From Thermoanaerobaculia bacterium (GTDB lineage Bacteria > Acidobacteriota > Thermoanaerobaculia > Multivoradales > Multivoraceae): DNA of 64,000 nt. Positions 36,673-48,710 of this stretch are shown one piece after another. The translations under genes and the position numbers were made by a program. The number at the start of each line of letters is the position of its first letter. Within the stretch, counting starts at the first letter, position 1. The notes below the pieces were generated by a model. The model was not told where the DNA came from. It saw only the letters and a list, made by a program, of their open reading frames with translations, and searched no databases. Where the stretch lies: positions 2,112,001-2,176,000 of the forward strand of contig OY762911.1 in NCBI GenBank assembly GCA_963666565.1, read 5' to 3'.

Positions 36673-38778
36673 TCAGCGCGCGGCTCGCCGGCCGAAGACG
36701 GCCACGCCGGTCGCCAGCACCGCCGCGGCGGCGTACGGCAGTGCCAGCAAGCGGATCATCACGGGCACGTGCGCCATCGTGTGGGCGAAGAAGACGGCGT
36801 ACCAGGCCGGGACGGACCAGCCGGCGGCGAGGATGCCGGCCCAGCGCCAGGGGTCTTCCAGGTTCCGCCAGCGGGGGAGGAGCCAGGCCGTGGCGGCGAT
36901 CAGCGCACCGGCCGCGGCACCGATCAGGACGAGGGCGACGACCGGCGAACCGAGACCGACCGTGCCGAGGTTGTCCCAGACCCTATCGAGGAACCGTTCC
37001 ACGGTGGGCCTGCCGGAGTAGAAGCCATCGATGTCCGGGTGAATCGAACTGCGGGGCGCGCCGTAGAGCCGGTGCGTCAACTGGTCCCAGAACTTGAACA
37101 GCACCGGTTCCCGGAACACGAACTCGGCGATGACGACGCGGAGCAGGAAGACGGCGCTCAGGCAGCCGACGTAGGCGCCGGCGCAGCGCAGCAGGAGGTC
37201 CCGCCGCCAGGCGCCGCGGTCCGCGACCAAGCCGCCGGCCGGGGACGGCGCCGCGGCGAGGACGAGAAGAACGCAGAGCAGGCCGATGGGCGCGCTGCCG
37301 AAGAGCAGCTCGTGCCAGGCGATCGCGGCGCCGAACCCGGCGAACAGGAGAACCTGGCGAGCCGGCGGCCAGTTCGCGACCCGAAGCGCCGGCACGGCGA
37401 TCAGCAGCGCGAGAGTCAGTACGTTCGAGGCCCCGGTGGTGAAGCTCCCGGCACGTCGCCCCAGGTCGAGGAAGAGGAACAGGCAGACAAAGAGCGCGCC
37501 GAGAGCCGCCGCCTGGAAGAGGTCCTCGCGCCAGCGCGCCGAGCTTTGCCTGGTGAACAGGAACGCCGCGCGCGCGACCGCGCCGGCGAACCCGAGCGCG
37601 AGGAGTCCGAAGGTCAGCGCCCGCAACGTGCGCCTCAGCCCGTCCACGCCGAGCGGCGGCAGCAGCCACTGCAGCATGACCCGCTGGCCGGCCCAGTACT
37701 GGTGGTAGAAGACGGTCAGGTAGTCCGAGTCGTCGACGGCGCCTTCGTCCAGGCGTTGCCGGAGCGCGTCGCAGGGGCGCTGGGGCCGGGTGTAGCGGTA
37801 CACGCGGCGGGGCGAGACGGTGCGTTCGAGCGTCGTGCCGCCGCGGTCGAGCGCCATCAGGCTCAGCAGGCAGTCGTTGAAGCGTTCGGCGGAGTCCTCG
37901 AGCGTGCGTTCCGGGTGGGCGTACGACGCGCGCAACGCCTCGGCCGCCGGTTCCGGATCGCCGCGGACGGCGAGCCAGTTCAGGCCCAGGAAGACGGCGG
38001 TGGCGAGCAGCGTCACGGCGGCGACGATGACCGCGGCCTGGAACGCGCCGAGGCGGCCGGCGCTTCCGGCGGCGGGCGACCAGAGCAACGTGCGCAGGAT
38101 GCGCAGGCCGTCGCGGAAGGCCCGCAGTTTGCTGGTCGATCCTTCGGGCCGGGCGAAGTAGGGGCAGTCGATCTCGTCCCAAGCCAGGCCGGCGGACGCC
38201 GCGAACAGGGTCATCTCGGTCTCGACCTCGAAGCCGTCCGAGCGCGCCGGGAACGACTCGACGAAGCGGCGCGAGAAGGCCCGGTAGCCCGAGAGCAGGT
38301 CGCGCACCCGGCGGCCGCAGCGCCAGCGGGCCAGGGCGCTGAACAGCCGGTTGCCGGCGCGCCGGAGCGGCGTGTAGGCGCCGGACACCGTGCTCCGGCG
38401 GGCGGCGACCACCATGTCGAGGTAGCGGTCGGACAGGGTCGAAACGAGACGGCCCACGCTGCGGGCGTCGTAGGTGCCGTCGCCGTCGGCCATCACGTAG
38501 ACGTCGGCGTCCACCTCGCGGAACAGGCGGCGGATGGCCCGGCCCTTGCCGCGTCGTTCCTCGACGATCACCGTCGCGCCCGCCTCCCGGGCCAGTTCCG
38601 CAGTCCGGTCGTCGGATCCGTTGTCGCAGACGTAGACCCGGGCGTTCGGCAGGGCGACCCGGAACTGCGACACGACGGCGCCGATCGTCGCCTCCTCGTT
38701 GAGGCACGGCAGCAGGACGGCGACCCGCCCGACGGGCCTGCTCGAGCGGACCTTCGCGCTGGATGATGCGGGGCTCAC
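36673..38778 (-). CDS. GT2 (DPM1/GtrB-like) glycosyltransferase fused to a multi-pass membrane domain (701 aa)
   Basis: VLLPCLNEE, VCDNGSDD, RRGKG, MADGDGTY, DLLSGYRAFSR, GFEVETEM, then about 10 hydrophobic segments. Confidence 0.85.
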   Translation of the reverse strand: MSPASSSAKVRSSRPVGRVAVLLPCLNEEATIGAVVSQFRVALPNARVYVCDNGSDDRTAELAREAGATVIVEERRGKGRAIRRLFREVDADVYVMADGDGTYDARSVGRLVSTLSDRYLDMVVAARRSTVSGAYTPLRRAGNRLFSALARWRCGRRVRDLLSGYRAFSRRFVESFPARSDGFEVETEMTLFAASAGLAWDEIDCPYFARPEGSTSKLRAFRDGLRILRTLLWSPAAGSAGRLGAFQAAVIVAAVTLLATAVFLGLNWLAVRGDPEPAAEALRASYAHPERTLEDSAERFNDCLLSLMALDRGGTTLERTVSPRRVYRYTRPQRPCDALRQRLDEGAVDDSDYLTVFYHQYWAGQRVMLQWLLPPLGVDGLRRTLRALTFGLLALGFAGAVARAAFLFTRQSSARWREDLFQAAALGALFVCLFLFLDLGRRAGSFTTGASNVLTLALLIAVPALRVANWPPARQVLLFAGFGAAIAWHELLFGSAPIGLLCVLLVLAAAPSPAGGLVADRGAWRRDLLLRCAGAYVGCLSAVFLLRVVIAEFVFREPVLFKFWDQLTHRLYGAPRSSIHPDIDGFYSGRPTVERFLDRVWDNLGTVGLGSPVVALVLIGAAAGALIAATAWLLPRWRNLEDPWRWAGILAAGWSVPAWYAVFFAHTMAHVPVMIRLLALPYAAAAVLATGVAVFGRRAAR

Positions 38779-38792
38779 ATCGCGCCGGCGGC

Positions 38793-40253
38793 TCAGGGTG
38801 CGTCGCTGCCGCTCTCCGTCGCCGCGCCGCCCGCGGCCTCGGCCGGCCCGAACGCGAACAGGTGCTCCCGGCCGCGAATGTAGAGCCGGTCGCCGGCGAT
38901 GGCGGGGGTCGCCCAGACCGGCTCGCCGACGGAGAAGCTGCCGAGGACCTCGTGCTCCCGGCCGGCCCGGAAGACCGCCGCGTCGCCGTCGGTGTTGACC
39001 ATCAGGATGCGGCCGCCGCCGCCGACCATGGAGGCGGAGTAGCGGCCGCGGATGGGCAGCCGCCCGCCTTCGTAGACGATCTCGCCGGTGCGTGCGTCGA
39101 GGCAGGTGATCACGCCGCCGTCGTTCGTCAGGTAGAGCAGGCCGTCGTAGAGCAGGTTGGAGGGCACGTAGCCGGTGCCCTTGCGGTAGGTCCAGACCCG
39201 GGAGTCGTTGCCGCCGGCGAGGTCGCCGCGGCCTTCGTCGGCCGCCTGGGCCTGGGCGCGCTCGAAATCCCGCGAGTCGTCGCTGCCGGTCAGGTCGCCG
39301 CGGCTGTCGAGCCGGATCGCGAAGGAGATCTTCGCCGGGTAGCCGGAGGTGAAGACGGCGAGGTCATCGACCGTCATCGGGATGTGGATCGCGTTGTTCT
39401 CCAGGCCCCTGGCGCGCCAGAGCTCGCTGCCGTCCGCCGGGTCGTAGGCGATGACGTACTCGTTGCCGCTCGTGAGCAACTGCTTGCCGCCGTCGTGCTC
39501 GACGACGACCGGCGTCGCCCAGCTTGCCTGCACCGGCCGCTCGCGCTTCCAGACCTCCTCGCCGGTCAGCGCGTCGAGCGCGACGATGAAGGAGTCGTCG
39601 CCGCTGTCCTCGTCGGCCAGGATGACGAGCAGGCCGTCCACGAGCACCGGCGAGGTGCCGACGCCGAGGCCGACGGTCTTGATGTCGCCGATGTCGCGCT
39701 CCCAGACCGGCTCGCCGTCGAGCGTGTATGCGTAGACGCCCTCGGAACCGAAGTACGCGTAAACCCGCTCGCCGTCTGTCACCGGAGTCGGCGAGGCGTA
39801 GGACGACTCGGAGTGGCGGTCGTCGTAGACCCGGCCTTCATAGGCCACGTGGGACCAGAGCAGGTCGCCGTGCTCGGCGTCGAGCGCGATCGTCTTCATC
39901 GTGTGGTGGCGGTTACCGTCGGTGGCCTGCGGGTGAACGAACGGCCGGCCCGCGACGGTGTGCTCGGGCGGCCCGGCGCCGGGAATCACGTCGCCGACAA
40001 TTGCCGTGGTCAGGAACACCTTGCCGTCGGAAACGACGGGCGAAGAATGGCCGCGGCCCTCGATCTTCGCCTTCCAGAGGAGGTGGCGGTCGAGGTCGAG
40101 GTCGGCCGCCGGGCCGGGGCCGGAACGGGCGATGCCGCTGCCATCCGCGCCGCGGAAGCCGGGCCAGTCGTTGGATTCGGCCGCCCCGGCGTGAGCGGCA
40201 AACGAGACCGCGAGGATCAGGGCCGCGGCCGGAGCGCGTGGGTTCAGGTACAT
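38793..40253 (-). CDS. PQQ-binding-like beta-propeller repeat protein with signal peptide (486 aa)
   Basis: Start MYLNPRAPAAALILAVSFAAHAGA with GGAG RBS; DWPGFRG, GHSSPVV, YASPTPVTDG, VWATPAIAGDRLYIR. Confidence 0.9.
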   Translation of the reverse strand: MYLNPRAPAAALILAVSFAAHAGAAESNDWPGFRGADGSGIARSGPGPAADLDLDRHLLWKAKIEGRGHSSPVVSDGKVFLTTAIVGDVIPGAGPPEHTVAGRPFVHPQATDGNRHHTMKTIALDAEHGDLLWSHVAYEGRVYDDRHSESSYASPTPVTDGERVYAYFGSEGVYAYTLDGEPVWERDIGDIKTVGLGVGTSPVLVDGLLVILADEDSGDDSFIVALDALTGEEVWKRERPVQASWATPVVVEHDGGKQLLTSGNEYVIAYDPADGSELWRARGLENNAIHIPMTVDDLAVFTSGYPAKISFAIRLDSRGDLTGSDDSRDFERAQAQAADEGRGDLAGGNDSRVWTYRKGTGYVPSNLLYDGLLYLTNDGGVITCLDARTGEIVYEGGRLPIRGRYSASMVGGGGRILMVNTDGDAAVFRAGREHEVLGSFSVGEPVWATPAIAGDRLYIRGREHLFAFGPAEAAGGAATESGSDAP

Positions 40254-40311
40254 CGTGAGTCTCCTTGCTGCGGTCGGCAGCGTGGCGCTGCGTTGTCGCG
40301 AGGGGAACTGA

Positions 40312-40516
40312 CTTTCTGCTGGGTGCGCGGGTCTTCTGACCCGCTGGCGGCGTAGCCGGCCAGGAAGTGGCGCCGGCCGCCAGGCCGGCACCGCTCGGGC
40401 CGGCGCCTCGGTCGGCGCGGTCGCCGGCCTGCGCCCGGCGGCCCTGTTTTCCGGCCTGCACCGCTTCGCGGCGCCGCCCGCGGGCGGGTCAGAAGACCCG
40501 CGCACCCAGCAGAAAG
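40312..40516. repeat. Inverted pair of REP-like palindromes (REPIN-like)
   Basis: CTTTCTGCTGGGTGCGCGGGTCTTCTGACCCGC (40312-40344) and its exact reverse complement (40484-40516) in an intergenic gap. Confidence 0.9.
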
Positions 40517-40548
40517 CCACCTCCGGCTACGGTCAGTTCCTTGCAAGC

Positions 40549-43500
40549 TCATGGCGTCTTGATCGGGTCGGCGGGACGGCCGGGGAGGGTCCGCGGATCT
40601 TCCGCGAGCTTCTCGAGCAGGAGCTCGACGGCTTTCGCGAGTTGCGGGTCCCGGCCCTCGAGGATGTCGCGGGGCAGGTTCGTGACCTCGATGTCCGGGT
40701 CGACGCCGTAGCCCTCGATCACCCAGTTGCCCTCCGGGTCGGCGGAGCCGGCCTCGGGCACGTTGACGGAACCGCCGTCGATCAGCGGCGCCCGGCCGTA
40801 GATGCCGACCACGCCGCCCCAGCTCCTCTTGCCGACGATCGGTCCCAGCCCGGCGCGGCGGAACTGGTACGCGAACTGGTCGCCGTCCGAGGCGGTGTCC
40901 TCGTCGATCACGCAGACGAGGTGGCCGTGGAAGACGCCGCCGGGCGACGTGTCGACGGAGTCCCGGTTGCGCTCGAAGTCGAGCATCAGCGTCTCGCGCC
41001 GCAACCGCTCGATGATCATCGGCGACACGTTGCCGCCGCCGTTCGAGCGGACGTCGACCACCATGGCGTCCTTGCGGACTTGGCCGTAGTACCACTTGAT
41101 CCACTCGCGGATGCCGCTCGCCGACATGTCGGGGATGTGGAGGTAGCCGATCCGGCCGCCGCCGAGTTCCTCGACGATCCGGCGGCTGCGTTCGGTCCAG
41201 GCGAGGTAGATCAGGGCGTCCTCGCTCGCGATCGGATCGACGAGGACGTTCCTCGCCTCGCCGCGGTCGGGGCTCGAACCGACGGTCAGCTCCAGCGGTC
41301 CCCGCCCGGCCTCGCGCAGGAGCTGAAACGGGTTCGTGTCCGGGGTCAGCTCGCGGCCCTGGATCGCGAACAGGTAGTCGCCCGCATCGATGCCGACGCC
41401 GATCTCGGTGAGCGGCGAGCGGTAGCGGGGCTCCTCGTTCTGGCCTTCGAAGATCCGGGCGATCCGGTAGCGGCCGGCGTCCTCGTCGAGCTCGAAGCGG
41501 GCGCCGAGCAGGGCGGCGCGCGGCCGGTCCGGCGCCTCGTAGTCGCCGCCGCTGACGTAGGCGTGGGACACGTTCAGCTCGGCGACCATCTCGCTCATCA
41601 GGTAGTTCAGGTCGCTGCGGTGCCCGACGTGGGCGAGCAGCGGGCGGTACTGCTCGCGCAGCGCCTTCCAGTCGTAGCCGTGCATGTTCGGGGCGTAGAA
41701 GAAGTCCCGGAAGCGTCGCCAGACCTCGTCGAAGATCTGGGCCCACTCCTCGTCCGGCACGCGGTCGACCGTCAGGCCGGCCAGGGAGAGGGTCTTCGCT
41801 TCGCCGCCGCCGACGTCGAGGAGCCGGAAGCTGCCGCGCTCGCTGACCAGCAGTTTCTTCCGGTCGCCCGAAAGCACCAGGCCGCCGATGCCCCTGGCCA
41901 GACTCTTGCTCTCTCGCTCCTTCAGGTCGTAGGAGAAGACCTCGGTCTGCACGTCGGAGGACCGGCCCAGGTAGCCGGCGCCGCCGCGGACGTAGAGCAG
42001 CTTGCCTTCGGCCGCGCCCAGGCCGAAGTAGTTGTCCGCGTCGACCGGGACGCGGGCGACGCGCTGCGCGATGCCGTCGAGGTCGATCCGGTCGCGGTCC
42101 TTGTCGTCTGCGTCGCTGTCGCCATCGTCGCCGTTCGTGCCGCTCTTGCCGCCGTCACCGTCGTCGTCGCCGTTCTTGCCGTTCGCGCCGGCGTCTCCTT
42201 CGTCTTCGCTGCCCTCCTCGCCGTCGTCCTCGCCTTCATCGTCCTCCTCGATCTCGACTTCGTCGCTTCGCGGCGGGAAGGGATGCGCCGTGTCCTCGCG
42301 CAGCGCGAGCGCGTAGATGTACGTCTCGCGGTCGGCGGCGTAGTTGTACTCGAAGCTGCCGATCTGGGGCTGGAACTGCCGGTCCGAGAGGAAGTAGAGG
42401 TAGTCGCCGCCCGGGTCGAAGACGGGGAAGAAGTCGTTCCACATCTCGGACGTCACGCGGGTGAGCGTCCGGCTCTCGACCTCGAACAGGTGGATCGAGC
42501 CGAAGGTGTTCTCGTCGCCGAGTTCGACCGCCAGGTAGTCGCCGTTCGGCGACCAGTCGTAGCTGGTGCCGAAGGGCCGGGAGTCGTCGGCGACCTCGAT
42601 GATCTCGCGCGGCCCGGTCGCCGCGCCGTCGCCACTCCGGTCGCCGGCGTCGACGATACCGAGCCGGCCCTGCTGGTCGATGAAGGCGATGCGGTCGCTG
42701 CCGGGCGACCACAGCAGGTTGTTGTAGTGGCGTCCGACGCTGCCCTCGGTGAGTTGCACCGGTTCGCCGTTGCCGTCCTGGGCGACCGCCCAGATCTCGG
42801 TTTCTCCGCTGCGATCGGAGGTGAAGGCGATCCGCCGGCCATCGGGCGACCAGGCGGGGTCGCGGTCGTTGGCGCCGGAGCTATGGGTCAGGTTGCGGGT
42901 CGGTCCGTGCTCGATCGGCACGCTGAAGATGTCGCCGCGGGCGGAGAAGGCCGCGCGCTTCGCCTTCGGGCTGAGCGAGTAGCCGGAGACCCGGTTCGCG
43001 GCGGAGACCCGGCTCGGCCGGCGGGCGAGCTGGTCCGTCGGCACGTGGACCGGGACCGGGCGCGCGCTGCCGGAGGCAAGGTCGAAGATCTCCAGCGAGC
43101 CGGCCTTCTCGTAGACGATGCGCCGGTTCGCCTTGTCGGCGCTGGGCCAGCGGATGTCCCAGCGGTCCTCGCGGGTGAGCTGGGCGAGGTCGCCCGAGGC
43201 GGTGTCGTACGCGTAGAGGTTCAGCGTGCCGTCCCGGTCGGACGAGAAGTAGATCGTGTCGCCGATCCACATCGGGTCCCGGTCGGAGCGCTTGTGGTCC
43301 GTGACCTGGATGGACTCCAGGCTGTCGATGTCGAGGATCCAGAGATCCTGCGCCCAGCCGCCCTCGTAGCGCTTCCAGTGCCGGAAGTCCCGGGTCACCG
43401 GCGAGTAGACGACGCGCTTGCCGTTGGGCGAGAGATCGCCGCCGCCCGACTCGGGCATCGGCAGCGCCCGCGGCAGGCCGCCGGAGACAGGGGCGAGGAA

Positions 43501-43971
43501 CAGCTTCGTATCGCCCAGGTCCCAGCCGTCGCGCAACGAACGGAACAGGACCTCCGAGCCGTCAGGCGACCAGCCGTAGACCTGGTAGTCGTAGCCCCAG
43601 CGCGGCGCCAGCGGCCCGGCGGCCGGGTAAAAGGTCAGTTGTCGGGGCGCGCCGCCGGCGGTCGGCACGACGTAGACCTGCTCGTCGCCGTCGTACTGTC
43701 CGGTGAAGGCGATCCACTGGCCGTCGGGCGAGAACTTGGCGAACAGCTCCAGGCCCGGGTGCGACGTGAGGCGGGTCGCCGTGCCGCCGGAGGCAGGCGC
43801 CAGCCAGATGTCGCCGGCGTAGGTGAAGGCGAAGCGGTCGCCGGACAGGTCCGGGAAGCGGAGGAGCCTGGTCGGCTCGCCGGACTGGGCGAAGGCGGGC
43901 GCGGCGAGCGACGCGACGGCCAGGGCCGTGGCGCACAGTCGGACGCGCGGGATGGGACGTTGGACGATCAT
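40549..43971 (-). CDS. Tricorn protease homolog (S41 family, 1140 aa)
   Basis: Signal peptide, PD40/beta-propeller repeats, [32 protein letters not shown] (catalytic Ser), [16 protein letters not shown]. Confidence 0.95.
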   Translation of the reverse strand: MIVQRPIPRVRLCATALAVASLAAPAFAQSGEPTRLLRFPDLSGDRFAFTYAGDIWLAPASGGTATRLTSHPGLELFAKFSPDGQWIAFTGQYDGDEQVYVVPTAGGAPRQLTFYPAAGPLAPRWGYDYQVYGWSPDGSEVLFRSLRDGWDLGDTKLFLAPVSGGLPRALPMPESGGGDLSPNGKRVVYSPVTRDFRHWKRYEGGWAQDLWILDIDSLESIQVTDHKRSDRDPMWIGDTIYFSSDRDGTLNLYAYDTASGDLAQLTREDRWDIRWPSADKANRRIVYEKAGSLEIFDLASGSARPVPVHVPTDQLARRPSRVSAANRVSGYSLSPKAKRAAFSARGDIFSVPIEHGPTRNLTHSSGANDRDPAWSPDGRRIAFTSDRSGETEIWAVAQDGNGEPVQLTEGSVGRHYNNLLWSPGSDRIAFIDQQGRLGIVDAGDRSGDGAATGPREIIEVADDSRPFGTSYDWSPNGDYLAVELGDENTFGSIHLFEVESRTLTRVTSEMWNDFFPVFDPGGDYLYFLSDRQFQPQIGSFEYNYAADRETYIYALALREDTAHPFPPRSDEVEIEEDDEGEDDGEEGSEDEGDAGANGKNGDDDGDGGKSGTNGDDGDSDADDKDRDRIDLDGIAQRVARVPVDADNYFGLGAAEGKLLYVRGGAGYLGRSSDVQTEVFSYDLKERESKSLARGIGGLVLSGDRKKLLVSERGSFRLLDVGGGEAKTLSLAGLTVDRVPDEEWAQIFDEVWRRFRDFFYAPNMHGYDWKALREQYRPLLAHVGHRSDLNYLMSEMVAELNVSHAYVSGGDYEAPDRPRAALLGARFELDEDAGRYRIARIFEGQNEEPRYRSPLTEIGVGIDAGDYLFAIQGRELTPDTNPFQLLREAGRGPLELTVGSSPDRGEARNVLVDPIASEDALIYLAWTERSRRIVEELGGGRIGYLHIPDMSASGIREWIKWYYGQVRKDAMVVDVRSNGGGNVSPMIIERLRRETLMLDFERNRDSVDTSPGGVFHGHLVCVIDEDTASDGDQFAYQFRRAGLGPIVGKRSWGGVVGIYGRAPLIDGGSVNVPEAGSADPEGNWVIEGYGVDPDIEVTNLPRDILEGRDPQLAKAVELLLEKLAEDPRTLPGRPADPIKTP

Positions 43972-44254
43972 GGGTTCCTCCCGTCGCGGGGCGGCGCTCC
44001 GAAGCGGCGGCGCGGCGGCATTGTCTCACGTCCGCGGCGAAGCGCCGCCGACTGGGGGGGCCGCTCACTGGGAGCGCCTCACACCGGGTGCGTCGGCGTC
44101 CCCGCCGGCATCCGGCGCGATAGCGCCGGAATCCGTGGCGCATTCGGTAAGCTGCCGCCGCTTCGCGGGACCGGGTCGACCCGCGTGGCGGATGGGCAGG
44201 TTGCAGAACGAGGATCGAGAAGCCGGCCGGGCGCCGGCGCCGGGAGAAGGCAGC

Positions 44255-45826
<1,572 letters not shown>

Positions 45827-45838
45827 ACCGGGTCTCTG

Positions 45839-46101
45839 CCGGGTGCGCGGGTCTTCTGACCCGCTCAAGGGCGAAGCCGCGGAAGCGGCGCAGCCCGGAC
45901 AATTAGGCCGCCGGCCGAAGGCCGGCGACGCCACTGACGCCGCCTTCGGCGGCAGCGGGTCAGAAGACCCGCGCACCCAGCGATTGACGCCGCCTTCGGC
46001 GGCAGCGGGTCAGAAGACCCGCGCACCCAGCGATTGACGCCGCCTTCGGCGGCAGCGGGTCGGAAGACCCGCGCACCCAGCGGGAAGACCCGCGCACCCG
46101 G
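45839..46101. repeat. REP-like cluster: one reverse unit, three about 50-bp tandem units and a partial unit
   Basis: TGACGCCGCCTTCGGCGGCAGCGGGTC(A/G)GAAGACCCGCGCACCCAG repeated with 50-nt period ending at 45980, 46030 and 46080; inverted copy at 45839-45864. Confidence 0.92.
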
Positions 46102-46137
46102 TCGGGCCGGCGCCATCGCTGCGTTACGCTCGCGGCA

Positions 46138-47478
46138 ATGCAGCACGCGATCGATCTGGACGCGCTGCGAGGGGAGGTCGGCGCCGCGGCCGGGCCGATG
46201 GCGAACGCGGTTTCTGCCTGCGTTCACTGCGGTTTCTGCCTGCCGGCGTGCCCGACCTACATCGAGCTCGGCGAGGAGATGGATTCGCCGCGCGGGCGCA
46301 TCGTGCTGATGAAGGAGGTCCTCGAGGGCGGCCTCGACCTGGAGGAGGCGCTGGAGCACGTCGACCCGTGTCTCGGCTGCATGTCGTGCGTGACGGCCTG
46401 CCCGTCGGGCGTCGAGTACGGCGAACTGCTGGTGCCCTTCCGCGAACTGGCCGAGGGCGGCCGCAGCCGTTCGCGGTTCGACCGCTTCTGGCGCGGCCTG
46501 ATGCTCGACACGTTGGCGAGTCCGTCCAGGCTGCGCTGGATGCTCCGCCTCGGCCGGCTCGCGGCGCCGTTTCGGGCGCTCCTGCCGGCCCGGCTGGCCG
46601 CACCGCTCGACCTGTTGCCGCGGTCGGCGGACAGCGCCGAGCCCGGCTTCGGCGTCCGCGCGCTCGACGCCGGACGCGCGGTCGGCACGCAAACCGTCTT
46701 TCCGGCGGTGGGCGAGCGGCGGGCACGGGTCGCTCTCCTCGCCGGCTGCGCGCAGCAGGTCCTGGCGCCCCGCATCCACCGCGCGACGGTCGACGTGCTG
46801 ACGCGCTCCGGCGTCGAGGTCGTCGTTCCGAAGGAGGACATCTGCTGCGGTTCGCTGGCCTTCCACGCCGGCGACGCGCCGCGGGCGCGGGCTGCAGCCG
46901 GTTCGCTCCTCCGCGCGGTCGGGCCGGACGGACTCCTGCCGGACGTCGACGCGGTGCTCACAAACGCCGCCGGCTGCGGTTCCGGGCTCAGGGAGTACGG
47001 CCTCCTGTTCGCCGGTCGTCCCGAAGAGGAATCGGCGCGGGCCCTGGCAGCGAAGGTGCGCGACGTCTCCACGTTCCTCGCCGGGCTCGATGCGCCGGCG
47101 CCGCCGCCCCCGCCCGAGCCGCTCCGGGTCGTCTACCACGACGCCTGCCACCTCGCGCACGCCCAGAAGGAACGGACCGCGCCCCGCCGGCTGCTCGCGC
47201 AGGTCCCGGGCGTGACCCTGGTGGAGCCGCGCAACTGGGAGATCTGCTGCGGCTCGGCGGGGATCTACAACCTGGAAGAGCCGGAACTCGCGGCCCGGCT
47301 GGGACGGCGCAAGGCCATGGCGCTGCTGGAGGGCGAACCGGACGTCATCGCCACCGGCAACATCGGCTGCCTGACCCAGATCGAGAGCCACCTCCGGCGC
47401 TTGGGCAGCACGGTCCCGGTGCGGCACACGATGGAGATCCTCGCCTTGGCGGGCGGGACGCCTCGGCCGCGCCCGTGA
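46138..47478 (+). CDS. glcF: Glycolate oxidase iron-sulfur subunit
   Basis: CVHCGFCLPACPTY, DSPRGRI, CLGCMSCVTACPSGV, CCG domains, YHDACHLAH, CCGSAGIYN. Confidence 0.9.
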   Translation: MQHAIDLDALRGEVGAAAGPMANAVSACVHCGFCLPACPTYIELGEEMDSPRGRIVLMKEVLEGGLDLEEALEHVDPCLGCMSCVTACPSGVEYGELLVPFRELAEGGRSRSRFDRFWRGLMLDTLASPSRLRWMLRLGRLAAPFRALLPARLAAPLDLLPRSADSAEPGFGVRALDAGRAVGTQTVFPAVGERRARVALLAGCAQQVLAPRIHRATVDVLTRSGVEVVVPKEDICCGSLAFHAGDAPRARAAAGSLLRAVGPDGLLPDVDAVLTNAAGCGSGLREYGLLFAGRPEEESARALAAKVRDVSTFLAGLDAPAPPPPPEPLRVVYHDACHLAHAQKERTAPRRLLAQVPGVTLVEPRNWEICCGSAGIYNLEEPELAARLGRRKAMALLEGEPDVIATGNIGCLTQIESHLRRLGSTVPVRHTMEILALAGGTPRPRP

Positions 47479-47554
47479 GCGGCACCGTTGCGACCGTCGC
47501 GGGTCGGGTATCCTCCGCCCGCCCGAAGTTGACGCCGCCCCGAGGACCGCTCGC

Positions 47555-48619
47555 ATGACCCCACCGACCCGCATCGGCATCATGGGCTTCGGCCTGCTTG
47601 GCCGCAGCCTGTTTCGTCTCTCTCTGGACCGGCCCGACATCGAGATCGGGGCCGTGGCCGACGTCGCGGACGCCGACATGCTGCGGTACCTGCTCCAGTT
47701 CTCGACCTTGCCGTGGCGGTTCGACGGTGAAGTGGCGCTGGACGACGGTAGTCTGAGCGTCAACGGCTTCAGCGCGCCCGTCGTTCGCGCCGGCAGCGCG
47801 GGGGAAGCGCCCTGGGGAGACTTGGGCGTCACGACCGTCGTGGACTTCCGGGACACGTCGCCGACGCGCGAGGAGCTCGAAGGCCACCTTGCTGCCGGCG
47901 CCGAGCGGGTCGTCCTGTGCGCCCCGCCCGGCGGGGAGCTGGACAGGACCGTGGTGGTAGGCCTGAACGACGACCGGATCGAACCGTCCGACCGCATCGT
48001 CTCCGCCGGCTCGTTCACCGCGCACTGCGCCGGCCCGCTGTTGCACATCCTCGACGGGGCGTTCGGCGTCGAACAGGCGTTCATCAGTTCCGTGCGCGCC
48101 TACGGGGCCGGTTCGCGGCTCGCCGACGTGCCGGCGCCGGAGCTCCGCAAGGGGCGGGCCGCCGGGGAGAACATCATCCCCGCCGCGACGGGCGCCGCGG
48201 AGGAACTCGCGGCCGTGCTGCCCGACCTCGGCGGCAGGCTCTCGGCCTCGGCGATGGACGTGCCGGTGTCGAATGGCTCGGTTGTCGATCTGGTGTGCTG
48301 GCACCGCGATGCGGTGACGGTCGACTCGGTCAACGACGCGGTGGCGACGGCCGCCGGCGGCGAGTGGACCGGGCGCATCCGCTTCGAACGGGAGGCGATC
48401 GTCTCGGCGGACACGGCGGGAAGCCGGGCGACCTGCATCTTCGACTCGCAGGCGACGATGGCCCTGGGCGACCGCGTCTCGAAGACGATCGCCTGGTTCG
48501 ACACCGGCTGGGGCTACCTGCACCGGCTGGTGGAACTCGTCGCCGCGCTCGAATGCGGGGTTACGGCCGGATGCTGTTGTGGCGCAGGAACCGCGGCCGC
48601 CGAAGGAGGCGCCTCATGA
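47555..48619 (+). CDS. GAPDH paralog lacking catalytic residues (354 aa)
   Basis: GAPDH fold (GIMGFGLLGR, GRAAGENIIPAATGAA, VPVSNGSVVDL, WFDTGWGY), but VSAGSFTAHC replaces NASCTTNC and SSVRAY replaces TTVHAY. Confidence 0.85.
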   Translation: MTPPTRIGIMGFGLLGRSLFRLSLDRPDIEIGAVADVADADMLRYLLQFSTLPWRFDGEVALDDGSLSVNGFSAPVVRAGSAGEAPWGDLGVTTVVDFRDTSPTREELEGHLAAGAERVVLCAPPGGELDRTVVVGLNDDRIEPSDRIVSAGSFTAHCAGPLLHILDGAFGVEQAFISSVRAYGAGSRLADVPAPELRKGRAAGENIIPAATGAAEELAAVLPDLGGRLSASAMDVPVSNGSVVDLVCWHRDAVTVDSVNDAVATAAGGEWTGRIRFEREAIVSADTAGSRATCIFDSQATMALGDRVSKTIAWFDTGWGYLHRLVELVAALECGVTAGCCCGAGTAAAEGGAS

Positions 48620-48710
48620 TCCGCGTCGGTATCACTCCGGGGTTGCGGGGCCGCATGCGGCCGCCTGCGGCCGCTCGCCTCGAAACGGCACTGGCCCAGG
48701 GGGACGGCTC

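Noticed and set aside
45931-46101. CRISPR array (also 51319-51400)
   Set aside because: Units are head-to-tail with identical rather than unique spacers, the same palindrome is dispersed elsewhere, and no cas genes are present.
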